64,000 nucleotides of DNA from an uncultured Methanoregulaceae archaeon (GCA_963701095.1 OY969564.1:2144001-2208000), one strand, 5' to 3'. Counted from the stretch's first letter, positions 47,637 through 58,025 are shown. Program-made: numbers and translations. The notes: generated by a model from the letters alone, not told the origin.

Positions 47637-47700
47637 GGTAATGATGCGTCGCCTCTTTTGGGGATAAAAAAAGTAAGTTTACAGATAATTCCCTGCCACT

Positions 47701-48624
47701 TCAGCTGTTCAGGGCAACATACCCCTGGGCCACGACAATCTGCTGGCCGGCCGGGCTGAGAAGGAAATTGATGTAATCAGCAGCAAGGCCGGTGGGTTGG
47801 CCGTTGGTGATCATGTAGAGGTCACGGTGGATGGGATAGGTCTTGTCCTTGACTGTTGCAACACTCGGGGCAATCAATGTGCCGTTTACATTAATCGGGA
47901 GTGCCTTCACTGTGTTATCGAGGTAACCAATGGAAATGTAGCCGATTGCATTGGGTGTCTGGGCGACTTCCTGGAGGACTGCACCGTTTGAGTTATCCTC
48001 ATGCATGGACATGGAATCGTTTGTGCTCTTCATCACGAACTGATCAAAGTAGGTACGGGTACCGGAGGAACTGTCACGACCAACGAGAACGATCTGATTG
48101 TTTGAGTTTGCAACTCCTGCCCCGGCTACGGATGACCACGAGGTGATGCTCCCGTTGTAGATCGCCTTGACCTGGTCAAGGGTTATCGACGGGATCGAGT
48201 TTTTGGGGTTGACAATGATTGCAATACCATCGTGGGCAATTGTGATGATGTTCATGTTGCTGTCCTGCGCCAGCTGGGCGGGGGAGACAACAGCCGAACT
48301 CATGCCGATATCCACTTTATTATTAATAATAGCCTGGATACCTACACCTGATCCTCCGCCGGAAACCTGAATGTTTGCATTAGGGTGTGTCGCTGAGAAA
48401 TTGTCTGCAACAGCCTGTGCGATAGGGAGAACTGTGGTCGAACCGGTCAGGGTCAGAGTTTCGCTCTGGGTTGTTGCTGCTGGTGCACTGCCAGCTGGTG
48501 TGGTTGCTGTAGCAGTAGAGGTTGTTGCACTGTTACTGGTGCAACCAGCAACAAGAATCGTTACAATAAGCAATGCCGCAAGGCATGCAGTCAGGAATAC
48601 GTACGAACTCCGTTGGGATTTCAT
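47701..48624 (-). CDS. pstS: Phosphate-binding lipoprotein
   Basis: VAGC lipobox, GSTTV, GGGSGVG, RDSSSGT, YPIHR. Confidence 0.95.
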   Translation of the reverse strand: MKSQRSSYVFLTACLAALLIVTILVAGCTSNSATTSTATATTPAGSAPAATTQSETLTLTGSTTVLPIAQAVADNFSATHPNANIQVSGGGSGVGIQAIINNKVDIGMSSAVVSPAQLAQDSNMNIITIAHDGIAIIVNPKNSIPSITLDQVKAIYNGSITSWSSVAGAGVANSNNQIVLVGRDSSSGTRTYFDQFVMKSTNDSMSMHEDNSNGAVLQEVAQTPNAIGYISIGYLDNTVKALPINVNGTLIAPSVATVKDKTYPIHRDLYMITNGQPTGLAADYINFLLSPAGQQIVVAQGYVALNS

Positions 48625-48821
48625 GATGTTCGATCATGAATTTATTACCGAGTTCATATACAGTTTTTCGACATAAAATATGTTGATATATATTCAAAAA
48701 AGTCACTAATAGAGATTAGTGTATTCATCATATTGCTCTATTCCTTTTGAAAAATCAGGGTGGAGATATGTTATGCTTTTTTTGATTTGCCTAAAAAACT
48801 ATCAATTATTCGTAGTTATTT

Positions 48822-49769
48822 TCAGTCATTTTTTATTTGGCAGCTACAGGATGGATCACATTTATCGGACCCTTGCTCACAGGGTTCGATATGAATGGTC
48901 ACTTTTGCCCTTGGGTATTCAATGAGCAGATCTGATTCGAGATGATCGGCAAGATCATGGGAACGGGTAACTGAGATCTCTCCAGGTACAACTAGATGGA
49001 ACTCGATAAAAATATCCGGGCCTGATCGACGTGTACGAAAACCATGAAAACCGGCGTACTCGCTGGAATGCATGCAGATGATCTCTTTTATCCTCTCTTC
49101 ATCCTTTAAAGGGATGGAATGGTCGATGAGATCGGCAAATGATCGTTGCAGCATATTCGTGGCAGCACGCAGTATAACGATGCTGATACCGATTGCAATG
49201 ATAGGGTCGAGAATAGTAAGACCAGTAATATGAATCAGGATAAGTCCGGCGAAAACGCCAAACGATGTATAAATATCTGTCCTCAGGTGCAGTGCATCAC
49301 TCTCGAGAGCAATAGATCCTGTCTCTTTTGCCACTTTCATAAGACGTGATGAAACATACCAATTCGCAATCACTGAGATGCCCATCACTGCAATACCAAA
49401 AGAGAGCAATCCGGAGGGAAATTCCTGCTCGTGTCCCAACTTTATCAGTGCTTCGGCAATAATAATCAGAGCCGCACCAAATATGAGCAATGCCTCGATG
49501 AGACCGGATATATCCTCAAACTTTCCGTGCCCGAACGAATGACTTGCGTCAGGTGGCTCAGCGGATTTTTTAACTGAAAAAAAAGAGATGAGAGAGGCTA
49601 AAAGGTCAATGGATGTGTGGATAGCCTCAGAAATAATACTCACTGATCCAATCGCAAAACCGACACCGAATTTTAGGATTACAAGACAGGTGTTGGAAAT
49701 AATCGATAGTCGTGCAGTCTGCACCTTTTTTTGATCAGAGGTTTCTGCATGTCTGATGGATTGAGTCAT
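48822..49769 (-). CDS. Cation diffusion facilitator (FieF-like)
   Basis: SEAIHT..D, H.FGHGK.E, HLRTD, RTRRSG, IHIEP. Confidence 0.93.
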   Translation of the reverse strand: MTQSIRHAETSDQKKVQTARLSIISNTCLVILKFGVGFAIGSVSIISEAIHTSIDLLASLISFFSVKKSAEPPDASHSFGHGKFEDISGLIEALLIFGAALIIIAEALIKLGHEQEFPSGLLSFGIAVMGISVIANWYVSSRLMKVAKETGSIALESDALHLRTDIYTSFGVFAGLILIHITGLTILDPIIAIGISIVILRAATNMLQRSFADLIDHSIPLKDEERIKEIICMHSSEYAGFHGFRTRRSGPDIFIEFHLVVPGEISVTRSHDLADHLESDLLIEYPRAKVTIHIEPCEQGSDKCDPSCSCQIKND

Positions 49770-49832
49770 AGAGATTTTCTCTGAGGGTCCAAGAAATGGG
49801 GACTTAATGTGAAAACAACCTTCACTGGCTTT

Positions 49833-50213
49833 TTAATGTTTGTTTATTCCATAGACTTTTTCCGGGTCAAAAATTTTTTCCCCAATAATTGTGCCATCAA
49901 GAGTCCGGAAAAAGCAGCTACGGTATCCGGTATGGCAGGCAGCTCCAGTCTGCTCAACGTCGTAGATAAGGCAATCCTCGTCACAATCGACAAGAATCCT
50001 CTCCACCTTCTGGAAATGTCCGCTTTCTTCCCCCTTCTTCCAGATCTTTTTACGGCTCCGGCTATAATAATGGGCAAAACCGGTATCTATCGTGAGTTTG
50101 ACTGCCTCTTCATTTGCATAAGCCATCATAAGGACTTCGAGGGTTTTTCTATCCCGAACAATTACCGGGATTAGTCCACCATCGAGGAATTTCAGAGAGA
50201 GCAAATTACGCAC
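49833..50213 (-). CDS. hisI: Phosphoribosyl-AMP cyclohydrolase
   Basis: [29 protein letters not shown]. Confidence 0.96.
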   Translation of the reverse strand: MRNLLSLKFLDGGLIPVIVRDRKTLEVLMMAYANEEAVKLTIDTGFAHYYSRSRKKIWKKGEESGHFQKVERILVDCDEDCLIYDVEQTGAACHTGYRSCFFRTLDGTIIGEKIFDPEKVYGINKH

Positions 50214-51399
50214 CTCCGGTAAATAATTTTATGATTGAGAAAAGGAAATCCCCAAAAACAATTGCTGAAATAAACCCGGCGGTAATTGGAAGAATGAACG
50301 GAACAGCATAGGAAATCCACACGTTCCCTGCTTTTTTGTAGATTTCCAGTTCTTTTTGAAATTCTTCAGGATGTTCCCGGAGATCTTTTGTATAAACACG
50401 ACCTTCATCGGAACGCATCCTGCGCAAAGAATCCCAAAATCCAATGAATTTCCGTTCGACATTGGTACCTCTCTCAACAAAGTCTTCCATAACAAATCCC
50501 CATGAATCCTGAATTTTCCCTCCATTGACCGGGAAGCCAAAGAACATATACTGGAGAGGGGCGCGGTTCTTTTTTATAATATTTATGAAAAAAATGCCAA
50601 CCGGTGCTACAAGATTGAGGATGAGAGCGTTGATTAACACAGAAAACGAGAGAAATCCCAGAGGTGGCGTGTTTAAAAGTGGTGCAAACGGAAATGTCGG
50701 AATACAGAAGGTAATAAAGATGAGTGCCCACGCGTCAGCACCCCCGAAAAGACGCATCTGTCCAAATATATAGAATACGCCACAAAAAACTGCAGCAAGG
50801 GCAATGTAGATACCGGGATCCGCCCAAGTCCCATCCCCAATCATATAGAACGATGCAATGACGAGGATAATGATTACAAGAATGAAATACCAGCGGCTCA
50901 GTACTTCTTCGACATTTGAATCCCGCTTAACTTCTTTTCTTACTTGTTTTGCCTTGAGTTTGCGCTCGGGTTGTCTTTTGTATTCTCTGTATGAGACATA
51001 CCCTATCAGGCCGACAAGCATCACATACCAGGGAATAAGCTGTGTGTCAGGAAATTTTCCTGTAGATATTGCTGGAATTATGAACCAGGAGAGCGCTGGA
51101 AGAACAAGGACACCTGCTAGGTACGGAAGCCGGAACGGTGTTCCAGGTTCATGGTTGTCCAGGTAGTCCGCGTACAGGAAACTGGATACCAGTGCGAGAT
51201 AGCCAACGATCAGGCTGATGTTTGCGGTTTGCTGGTAGAAGAGGACGATAGTTGCGGAAATCCCGACGATGAGCATGGGGTACCATGTTCTGAAAGGAAC
51301 ACGCCGGTCCTTAATATCCAGATACGATGCGTAGATTAGGGTAACAAGGACGGCAACGGCCGAGACCACCATCGGATAAAATATCATATGTAGATCCAC
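50206..51399 (-). CDS. Prepilin/prearchaellin peptidase (A24, ArlK/PibD-like)
   Basis: Catalytic YLDIKDRRV and FGGADA; C-terminal [16 protein letters not shown]. Confidence 0.88.
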   Translation of the reverse strand: MDLHMIFYPMVVSAVAVLVTLIYASYLDIKDRRVPFRTWYPMLIVGISATIVLFYQQTANISLIVGYLALVSSFLYADYLDNHEPGTPFRLPYLAGVLVLPALSWFIIPAISTGKFPDTQLIPWYVMLVGLIGYVSYREYKRQPERKLKAKQVRKEVKRDSNVEEVLSRWYFILVIIILVIASFYMIGDGTWADPGIYIALAAVFCGVFYIFGQMRLFGGADAWALIFITFCIPTFPFAPLLNTPPLGFLSFSVLINALILNLVAPVGIFFINIIKKNRAPLQYMFFGFPVNGGKIQDSWGFVMEDFVERGTNVERKFIGFWDSLRRMRSDEGRVYTKDLREHPEEFQKELEIYKKAGNVWISYAVPFILPITAGFISAIVFGDFLFSIIKLFTGGA

Positions 51400-51643
51400 C
51401 GTTAGATCTTCTACAACTTATGCGTGACGATGACAATTTTTACCGGCATTCTTTTGTGGGGTCTGGAAGTCTTATCTGTAAAAGAAACCAATTAATAATT
51501 ACCAGTGACTCGTTTTCTGCGTGAAAACACCCTTGCAAATATATAATACACCCGTTGTGAATATATGATTGAAGACAATTCAGAATAATTTTGGGGGGAA
51601 TTCCCATATTTCTGCCCCGGATTGTGTCAAAGAGGATAATTGT

Positions 51644-52255
51644 ATGGATCTGCAGGAAATACTCGAAAATATCCTGAAAGGATCAAAATATCTGGGCACA
51701 TATTCCTTGGCCGAAATGCTTACATTAGCTGCCACCCGGCGCATGAGTGCACTGGCAGTAGCAAAAGAAGGAAATTGTCAATATTACCTTGCACTTCTTA
51801 ATGGTGAACCTGAAGGGGCGCTTTATGTTGATAACGAAGGATCGCTTTTTGGTGATAATGCAGTCATCCATATTCGCGAAGGCAGACAGTATGTCCTCTG
51901 TGATGTAAAACCTGAGATTATCGATGCACTAGTCATGGGGTGCCGGATTTTTGAAAAGGGACATCTCCGGAAAAATATTACCTATTCTGTACCGGAAATT
52001 GGGAAAAAAAGTAAGGGGCTTGGGGTTGTCACTCTTACAGCTCGCCGTGATAAAGTGCCACAAAACGGCGTGCGAGTATCCATTAGGAAAGATGGCAAGA
52101 TAGTAGGAAGTGACGTAACTACGGGAAAAGGGGAGGTTAGCTTCCGGGTAATGTATGGGGACTACACCTGCCTTGTCCAAGACAGAAAACAGGTTGTGAC
52201 GCATTTTACCATTTCATTTGATGAATCTCATGTCAACCATTTTCTCGATCTTTAA
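51644..52255 (+). CDS. Hypothetical protein: DUF2226/PATAN-like N-domain + carboxypeptidase-regulatory-like beta-sandwich
   Basis: LAEMLT...SALAV...YLALLNGEPEGA pattern; C-terminal GVRVSI...T...GEVSF...GDY. Confidence 0.6.
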   Translation: MDLQEILENILKGSKYLGTYSLAEMLTLAATRRMSALAVAKEGNCQYYLALLNGEPEGALYVDNEGSLFGDNAVIHIREGRQYVLCDVKPEIIDALVMGCRIFEKGHLRKNITYSVPEIGKKSKGLGVVTLTARRDKVPQNGVRVSIRKDGKIVGSDVTTGKGEVSFRVMYGDYTCLVQDRKQVVTHFTISFDESHVNHFLDL

Positions 52256-52347
52256 TGCTTAAAAAAACGCGTATTTTATATTTAGAGTCGTATTTCGTTT
52301 CACGAACGGGATGAAATCATTTAATTATTTTCTGACCGAGTAATTTT

Positions 52348-53457
52348 ATGAAGATTGAAAAGGAAGATTTTGTCGCGTTGATCAAGGGAGAAAAAGATAT
52401 AAAATCCTATATTGAGCTTGATACTTTCGCAGGAACCTACTCTGTTTTTGGTGTGAGGACAGCGAGTAACCCCAATTATCTCATCAAGGCAATCTATGAG
52501 ATGAATGAGGCCCATTTGAACAGGAAGCTTGCAGTAAAAGCTGTACGCAAATTATTTCGCTCGGTCGGTCTTGGCTCTGTTGGCCTTTTTAATCTGTTAA
52601 AAAAATTCGATATGGACCTTTCTCCTGCAGAATTCCTTCTCCTGGTCTTCAAACTCCAACATCAACAGGGTTGGGGTGCACCTTTCGAACTTATCGAACA
52701 GAGTGAGAAAAGAATTGTTTTACGCACAAAACACACCTTCGAATCGGAGATTCTTAAAGACTGGAAAATGCCCGTCTGCGGTGTCCATATGGGTTGGATT
52801 GAAGGTGTGCTTATGGCTGTGACCGGCAAGACCTGGTACTGCCTTGAAAGAAGATGTGTGGCAAACGGTGACAATTGTTGTGAATTTGTGGCGGATCAGG
52901 TAGAACCCAGCTGGAAATTCAAAGCCCAGGCAGTAGTAAAAGGTGATTCTGCAATTACCGAATTCATCGAACACAAACCCGTGAAGGGGACAATCAAGTT
53001 GATCGATGATCCAGTAGTTATAATGCCAAGATTTGTTTTTTCATCCATGATGAATTCGCTAAAAAAGACTATGGGAGAGTTGCCAGCAGGAGGTGTGAAC
53101 TATAGGGCGTATATGGATATGGGTAAAGAAAATATTGAACACTACAAAAAAATGGGTATCACTGAGCCTAAAACACTCTCCGATATGGCTTTCACCTTTT
53201 ATTCCCAGATGGGCTGGTTCCGCCTTGTTAAAGATGAATGGAACGAAGGAAAGAAGGAAAAGACAATTACCCTCGATAATACGGTGGAATCCGAGGCATT
53301 TGGGAATACAGGAAAGAACGTCTGCTATTGTACTGCAGGTCTTCTTGCCGGGATAATAGAGGGGTCTTTTGGTATCAAGGTTCAGGCCCGTGAAATTAAA
53401 TGCCATTCGAAAGGAGACGAGTTTTGTGTCTTTACAATAACCAATAAGGCTGAGTAA
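52348..53457 (+). CDS. Tandem V4R (4-vinyl reductase) domain protein
   Basis: Two repeats, each with GW, E, C...G...G and E..C...GD..C.F. Confidence 0.85.
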   Translation: MKIEKEDFVALIKGEKDIKSYIELDTFAGTYSVFGVRTASNPNYLIKAIYEMNEAHLNRKLAVKAVRKLFRSVGLGSVGLFNLLKKFDMDLSPAEFLLLVFKLQHQQGWGAPFELIEQSEKRIVLRTKHTFESEILKDWKMPVCGVHMGWIEGVLMAVTGKTWYCLERRCVANGDNCCEFVADQVEPSWKFKAQAVVKGDSAITEFIEHKPVKGTIKLIDDPVVIMPRFVFSSMMNSLKKTMGELPAGGVNYRAYMDMGKENIEHYKKMGITEPKTLSDMAFTFYSQMGWFRLVKDEWNEGKKEKTITLDNTVESEAFGNTGKNVCYCTAGLLAGIIEGSFGIKVQAREIKCHSKGDEFCVFTITNKAE

Positions 53458-53632
53458 AAATTTGGAGAGTTAAATCACTCCAGACCTCCATATTTTGTTA
53501 AAATTCTTCACAGTTTCCCTTGTGATTACGCATGTCTCCTCCTCAAAAGTTTAAATTTTCATGACTTTTTTTAAATTATGAAATCTATATTTAAATACTC
53601 TTGTCTCGTAAAGATAACCGGAAACATACCCA

Positions 53633-54433
53633 GTGAATGCTATGGTTTCGCCCATCCAGATTCTGATCGTGGAAGATGATGAGATAATCTCCAACCTCAT
53701 TGGAGTTATTCTTGAAAAAAAAGGGTATGCAGTTGCCGGCAAAGTTGCTACCGGCGAAGAGGGAATTATGAAGGCGGCAGAATGCATGCCGGATCTTGTT
53801 CTTATGGATATAAATCTTGCAGGCACATTTGATGGTATTACCGCAGCACAATACATTTATTCCATTTTTCGCATCCCGGTGATCTTTCTAACCGGTCAGT
53901 GCGATGATGCTACGCTTAACCGGGCAAAAGCATCTGAACCATACGGGTTCCTTCTTAAGCCTTTCACTTCAAATGAGATTGTGTCTAATATTGAAATCGC
54001 CTTATATAATCACAATATACGAAAAAGATATTTCGATAAAGCCTCGATCTGGGATATGAAAAAGATCATGGCTGCGCTCGAGTCCGTGATCATAATTGAT
54101 ATCAAAGGCCGAATCATTTTTCTTAACCCCTATTCATGCAGGTTGCTGGATGTTATGGAGAAGGATGCGCTGGCGAAACCTCTGAGAAAAGTCCTTATCC
54201 TTGTAAACAAGCAGACTGGCGAACGGATAAATGATCCCGCGCTTGACGTGCTTAAAGATAAGATTGTCGTAAGTTATGATCTTAATACAGTTCTCGTTTC
54301 CCTTTCAAACAAAAAACGTTTGGTGGCAGTCACAGCACGCCCGGTAAAAGATGACAAAAACGAAATGATAGGTGTATCAGTCCAGATTCGTGAAAAGACA
54401 CTTACTGAAATTAAAATGTCAGAAAAGATCTGA
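53633..54433 (+). CDS. Response regulator, REC-PAS
   Basis: IVEDD, LMDINL, FLLKPF; PAS (IIIDIKGRIIFLN). Confidence 0.9.
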   Translation: MNAMVSPIQILIVEDDEIISNLIGVILEKKGYAVAGKVATGEEGIMKAAECMPDLVLMDINLAGTFDGITAAQYIYSIFRIPVIFLTGQCDDATLNRAKASEPYGFLLKPFTSNEIVSNIEIALYNHNIRKRYFDKASIWDMKKIMAALESVIIIDIKGRIIFLNPYSCRLLDVMEKDALAKPLRKVLILVNKQTGERINDPALDVLKDKIVVSYDLNTVLVSLSNKKRLVAVTARPVKDDKNEMIGVSVQIREKTLTEIKMSEKI

Positions 54434-54462
54434 ACCGGATTTCAAACGAATCAAAAGCGTGA

Positions 54463-55263
54463 TTATTTTATATCAGATTTCTTTTTGAAAAGAGCCTTTG
54501 AGAACCTTTCGATAAAGCCGTCTCTTTGCACTTTGGCCGGAATCTCCTCCGTATATGCCACTCCTATGAGTTGTGAAGCAATCCGTTGAATCGCTTTTGA
54601 CGCAGGTGAGTCCGGATAGGAGACAACGATCGGTGATCGCGCCGCCGCAGCCCTCCGTACATTGGAATCCTCAGGAATAATTCCGAGCACTTTCACTCCA
54701 AGAACTTTTTCCATTTTCTTTGAAATGACATCACTTTTATCCTGGTCAACACGGTTAATAATTGAACCAAGGACGTGTCCTCCGACAACCTCTGTAAGGA
54801 TTTTTGTCTTAAGGGCGTCTACAATTGAGGATAGTTCGGGGTTAACTACGAGAATTACTTCATCGGCTACAGCAAGAGGAACTACACCATCTTTGCTTAT
54901 GCCGGCTGGAGCATCAATCAAGAGAAACTCGCATCTTTTTACAATTTCGGAAAGAACGTCCCGGATCTTATCTGGATCTGCTTGCTGGAAACCCTGAAGC
55001 GAGATACCGCTTGGTATCACTTTAAGCCCCGCAGGACCCTGGTAGATTCCTTCATCGATATTGTTCTTCCCGGCAAGGATTTCATGAAGGGTGACCGGAG
55101 CGTCCTGAAGACCCAGTATCAGTCCGACGTTTGCCATGCCGATATCGGCATCCATGAGGTAGGTCTCTTTCCCCAATTTTGCAAGCATCGTTCCCAGATT
55201 AACTGAAACGGTTGTTTTACCTGTGCCACCCTTCCCGGATGCAATCGTATATACTTTAACCAT
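54463..55263 (-). CDS. minD: MinD family ATPase (archaeal)
   Basis: ASGKGGTGKTT, DADIGMAN, IDAPAG, IPED; C-terminal amphipathic GFIERFSKALF. Confidence 0.92.
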   Translation of the reverse strand: MVKVYTIASGKGGTGKTTVSVNLGTMLAKLGKETYLMDADIGMANVGLILGLQDAPVTLHEILAGKNNIDEGIYQGPAGLKVIPSGISLQGFQQADPDKIRDVLSEIVKRCEFLLIDAPAGISKDGVVPLAVADEVILVVNPELSSIVDALKTKILTEVVGGHVLGSIINRVDQDKSDVISKKMEKVLGVKVLGIIPEDSNVRRAAAARSPIVVSYPDSPASKAIQRIASQLIGVAYTEEIPAKVQRDGFIERFSKALFKKKSDIK

Positions 55264-55347
55264 TAAGCACCTGTTGTTATCCCGATAATTATCCTTGCAC
55301 AAATATGTGTATGATGAAATATTTTATCTAATGTGTTTCATATCGTT

Positions 55348-55917
55348 TTATATCCACCAGTTTAAAATATCTTTTGTCTCGCACACAAAATCCCGATCTG
55401 GCTCCTGAGCAAGCAGATCTTTCGTTTTTGCAATTCCAACTAATAAAGATCCCTTATGCTCTATACTGAACAGTATAATACCCGGGGGCCAAGGCCGCAT
55501 GTTCTCGGCATACATTTCCGCATATCTGGCGACTGCATCGGTAGAAGGTTTTTTTTGGGAAGAAGCCAGCAACAGACCATCGGAAGTGGCAAGAGTGATC
55601 TCTTCGAGGGCATATTTTGCAGCAAGAGTTTCAAGACTCTCTGAGAGATTGGTCTTTCCTTCAAGGCAGTCCATCTCTTTTATTTTGGATGTAGGACCGA
55701 AAGTCAAATCCGACTCGGAGGAATTACTTTCAATATATGCCGGGATCTTTCGTACACGAAAGGGTATTTTCGAGGGATCCAAATTTATATCACTCGGAAA
55801 TTCTTTAGTTCGCTGACGATTTTTTATTATCAAAATTAAGATCGCAGCACAGACGAGGATAGCAACAACTATTCCAACGAATAAGATGACGTTGTCAATA
55901 CCAAACATACCAGACAT
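55348..55917 (-). CDS. Membrane-anchored protein with truncated Roadblock-like domain
   Basis: N-terminal TM helix; LEEITLATSDGLLLASS resembles the Roadblock beta-hairpin motif. Confidence 0.65.
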   Translation of the reverse strand: MSGMFGIDNVILFVGIVVAILVCAAILILIIKNRQRTKEFPSDINLDPSKIPFRVRKIPAYIESNSSESDLTFGPTSKIKEMDCLEGKTNLSESLETLAAKYALEEITLATSDGLLLASSQKKPSTDAVARYAEMYAENMRPWPPGIILFSIEHKGSLLVGIAKTKDLLAQEPDRDFVCETKDILNWWI

Positions 55918-55932
55918 ACGGTTACCCTTAGA

Positions 55933-56644
55933 TCAATCTTTATCCATCAGATGATCGAGATGGAGATGTTTAACCATCGTTTTGCAATCGTCCCTGATTT
56001 TATCTTTTACCTGATCAAGGTTCATTGAGTCCAGTATGTCAAGATCATTGTCGAAATCAGTTTTTTCAGTGTTTTTTTCAGGTATTTCCGGTTCTTTAGG
56101 GCCCGGTTGTCTTTCCAATCGTATTGCAGGAGGTGGTCCAGTGACAGGATTTTGCGGCCCCGCAAGGCGCCGGGGAATCTTTTCCGATGAATGCGCAACT
56201 AATGTTGCCACTTCTTCATGTGGTGGTGAAAGGTTTTTTTCATGGATGATATCGGTTTTTTTTATGAGGTACTCGTTGAGCTGGAACTACCGTGTGAGGT
56301 GTTGATTTTCGTGGGGCCGGACGGTTATAGGTGGCTTTTGCGATTCGTTCGGCCTTGTTGAATTCCAGAGATAACTGAATTTGTTGTTCATCCAAGGTTG
56401 AAAGTGCAGCGTCGACCGTCTCTCCAGCGAGAGAATCGAGGAGATCTTCAAATGCTGCATCACCTTTGAAAGAATTGCATTCCGCGAGAATACATTTCCC
56501 CGATTTCAGTACGAGAGTGCAGATACTATCCCGCTTTGAAATGCTGCAGATCCCGGAAAAATGCCCTCGTTCAAGCTCAACGAGAAGGTTATGAGTTTCC
56601 CTGTTCTTTTGGATCTCGCGGAATGTCCCGCGGGGAAGTTGCAT
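55933..56644 (-). CDS. DUF2226/PATAN-like protein, frameshift in an A8 run at 56256-56263
   Basis: MQLPRG...LLVEL....FSG...LVLKSGKCILAE, Pro-rich linker, acidic helical tail; removing one A joins 56240..56710 to 55933..56211. Confidence 0.72.
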
Positions 56645-56905
56645 GATCTCTTTAATGATCGCATTCAAGTATATAGTTTCTTTTTCCTGTTCATGAAAAT
56701 TTTTCTTCACTCGTAGTGGAAAAAAGATTTTTGTATACTATTTTTAATTTATAAAATACCTATAAATATAATTTGTTTTTCAGATCAAGGTTTAAATGAA
56801 TTTTTTTTGTTTTTCAAGGAATATTGGTTCTATATTCCTTGGATAAATAAACCCAACCTATTAATATGAAAAAAACAAGAGTAACATTTATTAAATGGTG
56901 AAAAG

Positions 56906-57253
56906 ATGCTCAAACCATTATTAGAGGAGTTCCTGAGGGTTGAAGGAGTATCTGCTGCAGTTGTGGTGGGAAGAGATGGGTTTGTGATTGAAAGCGCGGT
57001 TTCGGGGAAGCTGGATGTGGAGGCTCTTGGTGCAATGGCATCAACCGGTCTGGGGACTTCTGAAGCGATGGGGAATACCCTTGGAAAAGGAGAACTCTCC
57101 CAGATGCTTGTTGAACTTGAAAAAGGACCTATTATTCTCGCACCTCTTTCCGCAGATGAACTAATTGCCCTGGTTGCAGATTCAACAGCAAATATCGGCA
57201 GGATCCGGTACGAATTAAAGAAAAATAAGGAACGTATCGTCGCAGCTCTCTAG
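56906..57253 (+). CDS. Roadblock/LC7 (MglB-like) protein
   Basis: EGVSAAVVVGRDGFVI, EALGAM, ANIGRIRYEL. Confidence 0.92.
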   Translation: MLKPLLEEFLRVEGVSAAVVVGRDGFVIESAVSGKLDVEALGAMASTGLGTSEAMGNTLGKGELSQMLVELEKGPIILAPLSADELIALVADSTANIGRIRYELKKNKERIVAAL

Positions 57254-57278
57254 ACCTATCATTTATCTGGCTATTTTT

Positions 57279-58025
57279 ATGAAACTGCCGGCAGGAAGAC
57301 AAGGGGGTGTCGTTATCGATCCAAAGAAAGAAGATGTGATCCAGCATCTCAAGGCTTTTAGAGGAGTAATCAACATTAACACAAGCCGGGGAAAGGGCTT
57401 TATTCTTATACGCAATGGTGAATTGATCGCAGCATTTTTCGATGATAAAGAAGGCGTATATCGGGCAGACGCTGCCGTTCGATATATCATGGATTATCCT
57501 GGCGATGATGCCGACAACCAACACCAGCAACATTTTGTTATGAGATCTTATAGTGAAGAAGAATACGCAGAATCACTGAAAAAATGTACACGGGAGGGAC
57601 TCGTGATTGAGATCATTCCCGTTGATAAAAGTGCCACTCCTCTTCAACCTAAAAGCACGGATATGGCCATAAGTCACATGTCCCCCCGTGTTGACGAATC
57701 CATCCTTAAAAAACTTATGTGCCAGCCGGGAGTAATTGCGGTTTCTGCATTCTATGAAGGATTTCCGGTCCTGTCTTTAGGAGAAGCGGATTTTGAGCAT
57801 GTAGCGGCTCGGGCAGAAGATTTTCTGAGGACAGGTACTAAAATAGCTCAGGATATGAACCTTGGGCAGCCTGGCCAATTGATACTCGAAACTGAAGAAA
57901 ACAAATTTATCATAGTTCCCTGGGGAGATCTTTTTCTTTGTATTATTACCCGTGCGGATGCACAGCTGGGTCTCATGCGGGTTCTGATCCGTAGCATCCA
58001 GAGTGTTGTGGAGAGTGAAACCTGA
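57279..58025 (+). CDS. DUF2226/PATAN-like + Roadblock fusion protein
   Basis: MKLPAG...FRG...GFILIRNGELIAA N-domain; C-domain PGVIAVSAFYEGFPV...DAQLGLMR. Confidence 0.78.
   Translation: MKLPAGRQGGVVIDPKKEDVIQHLKAFRGVININTSRGKGFILIRNGELIAAFFDDKEGVYRADAAVRYIMDYPGDDADNQHQQHFVMRSYSEEEYAESLKKCTREGLVIEIIPVDKSATPLQPKSTDMAISHMSPRVDESILKKLMCQPGVIAVSAFYEGFPVLSLGEADFEHVAARAEDFLRTGTKIAQDMNLGQPGQLILETEENKFIIVPWGDLFLCIITRADAQLGLMRVLIRSIQSVVESET

Noticed and set aside
56250..56266. A-AAA-AAC slippery site as a programmed -1 frameshift
   Set aside because: The -1 frame closes within about 20 codons; the plausible continuation needs +1, matching a homopolymer over-call.
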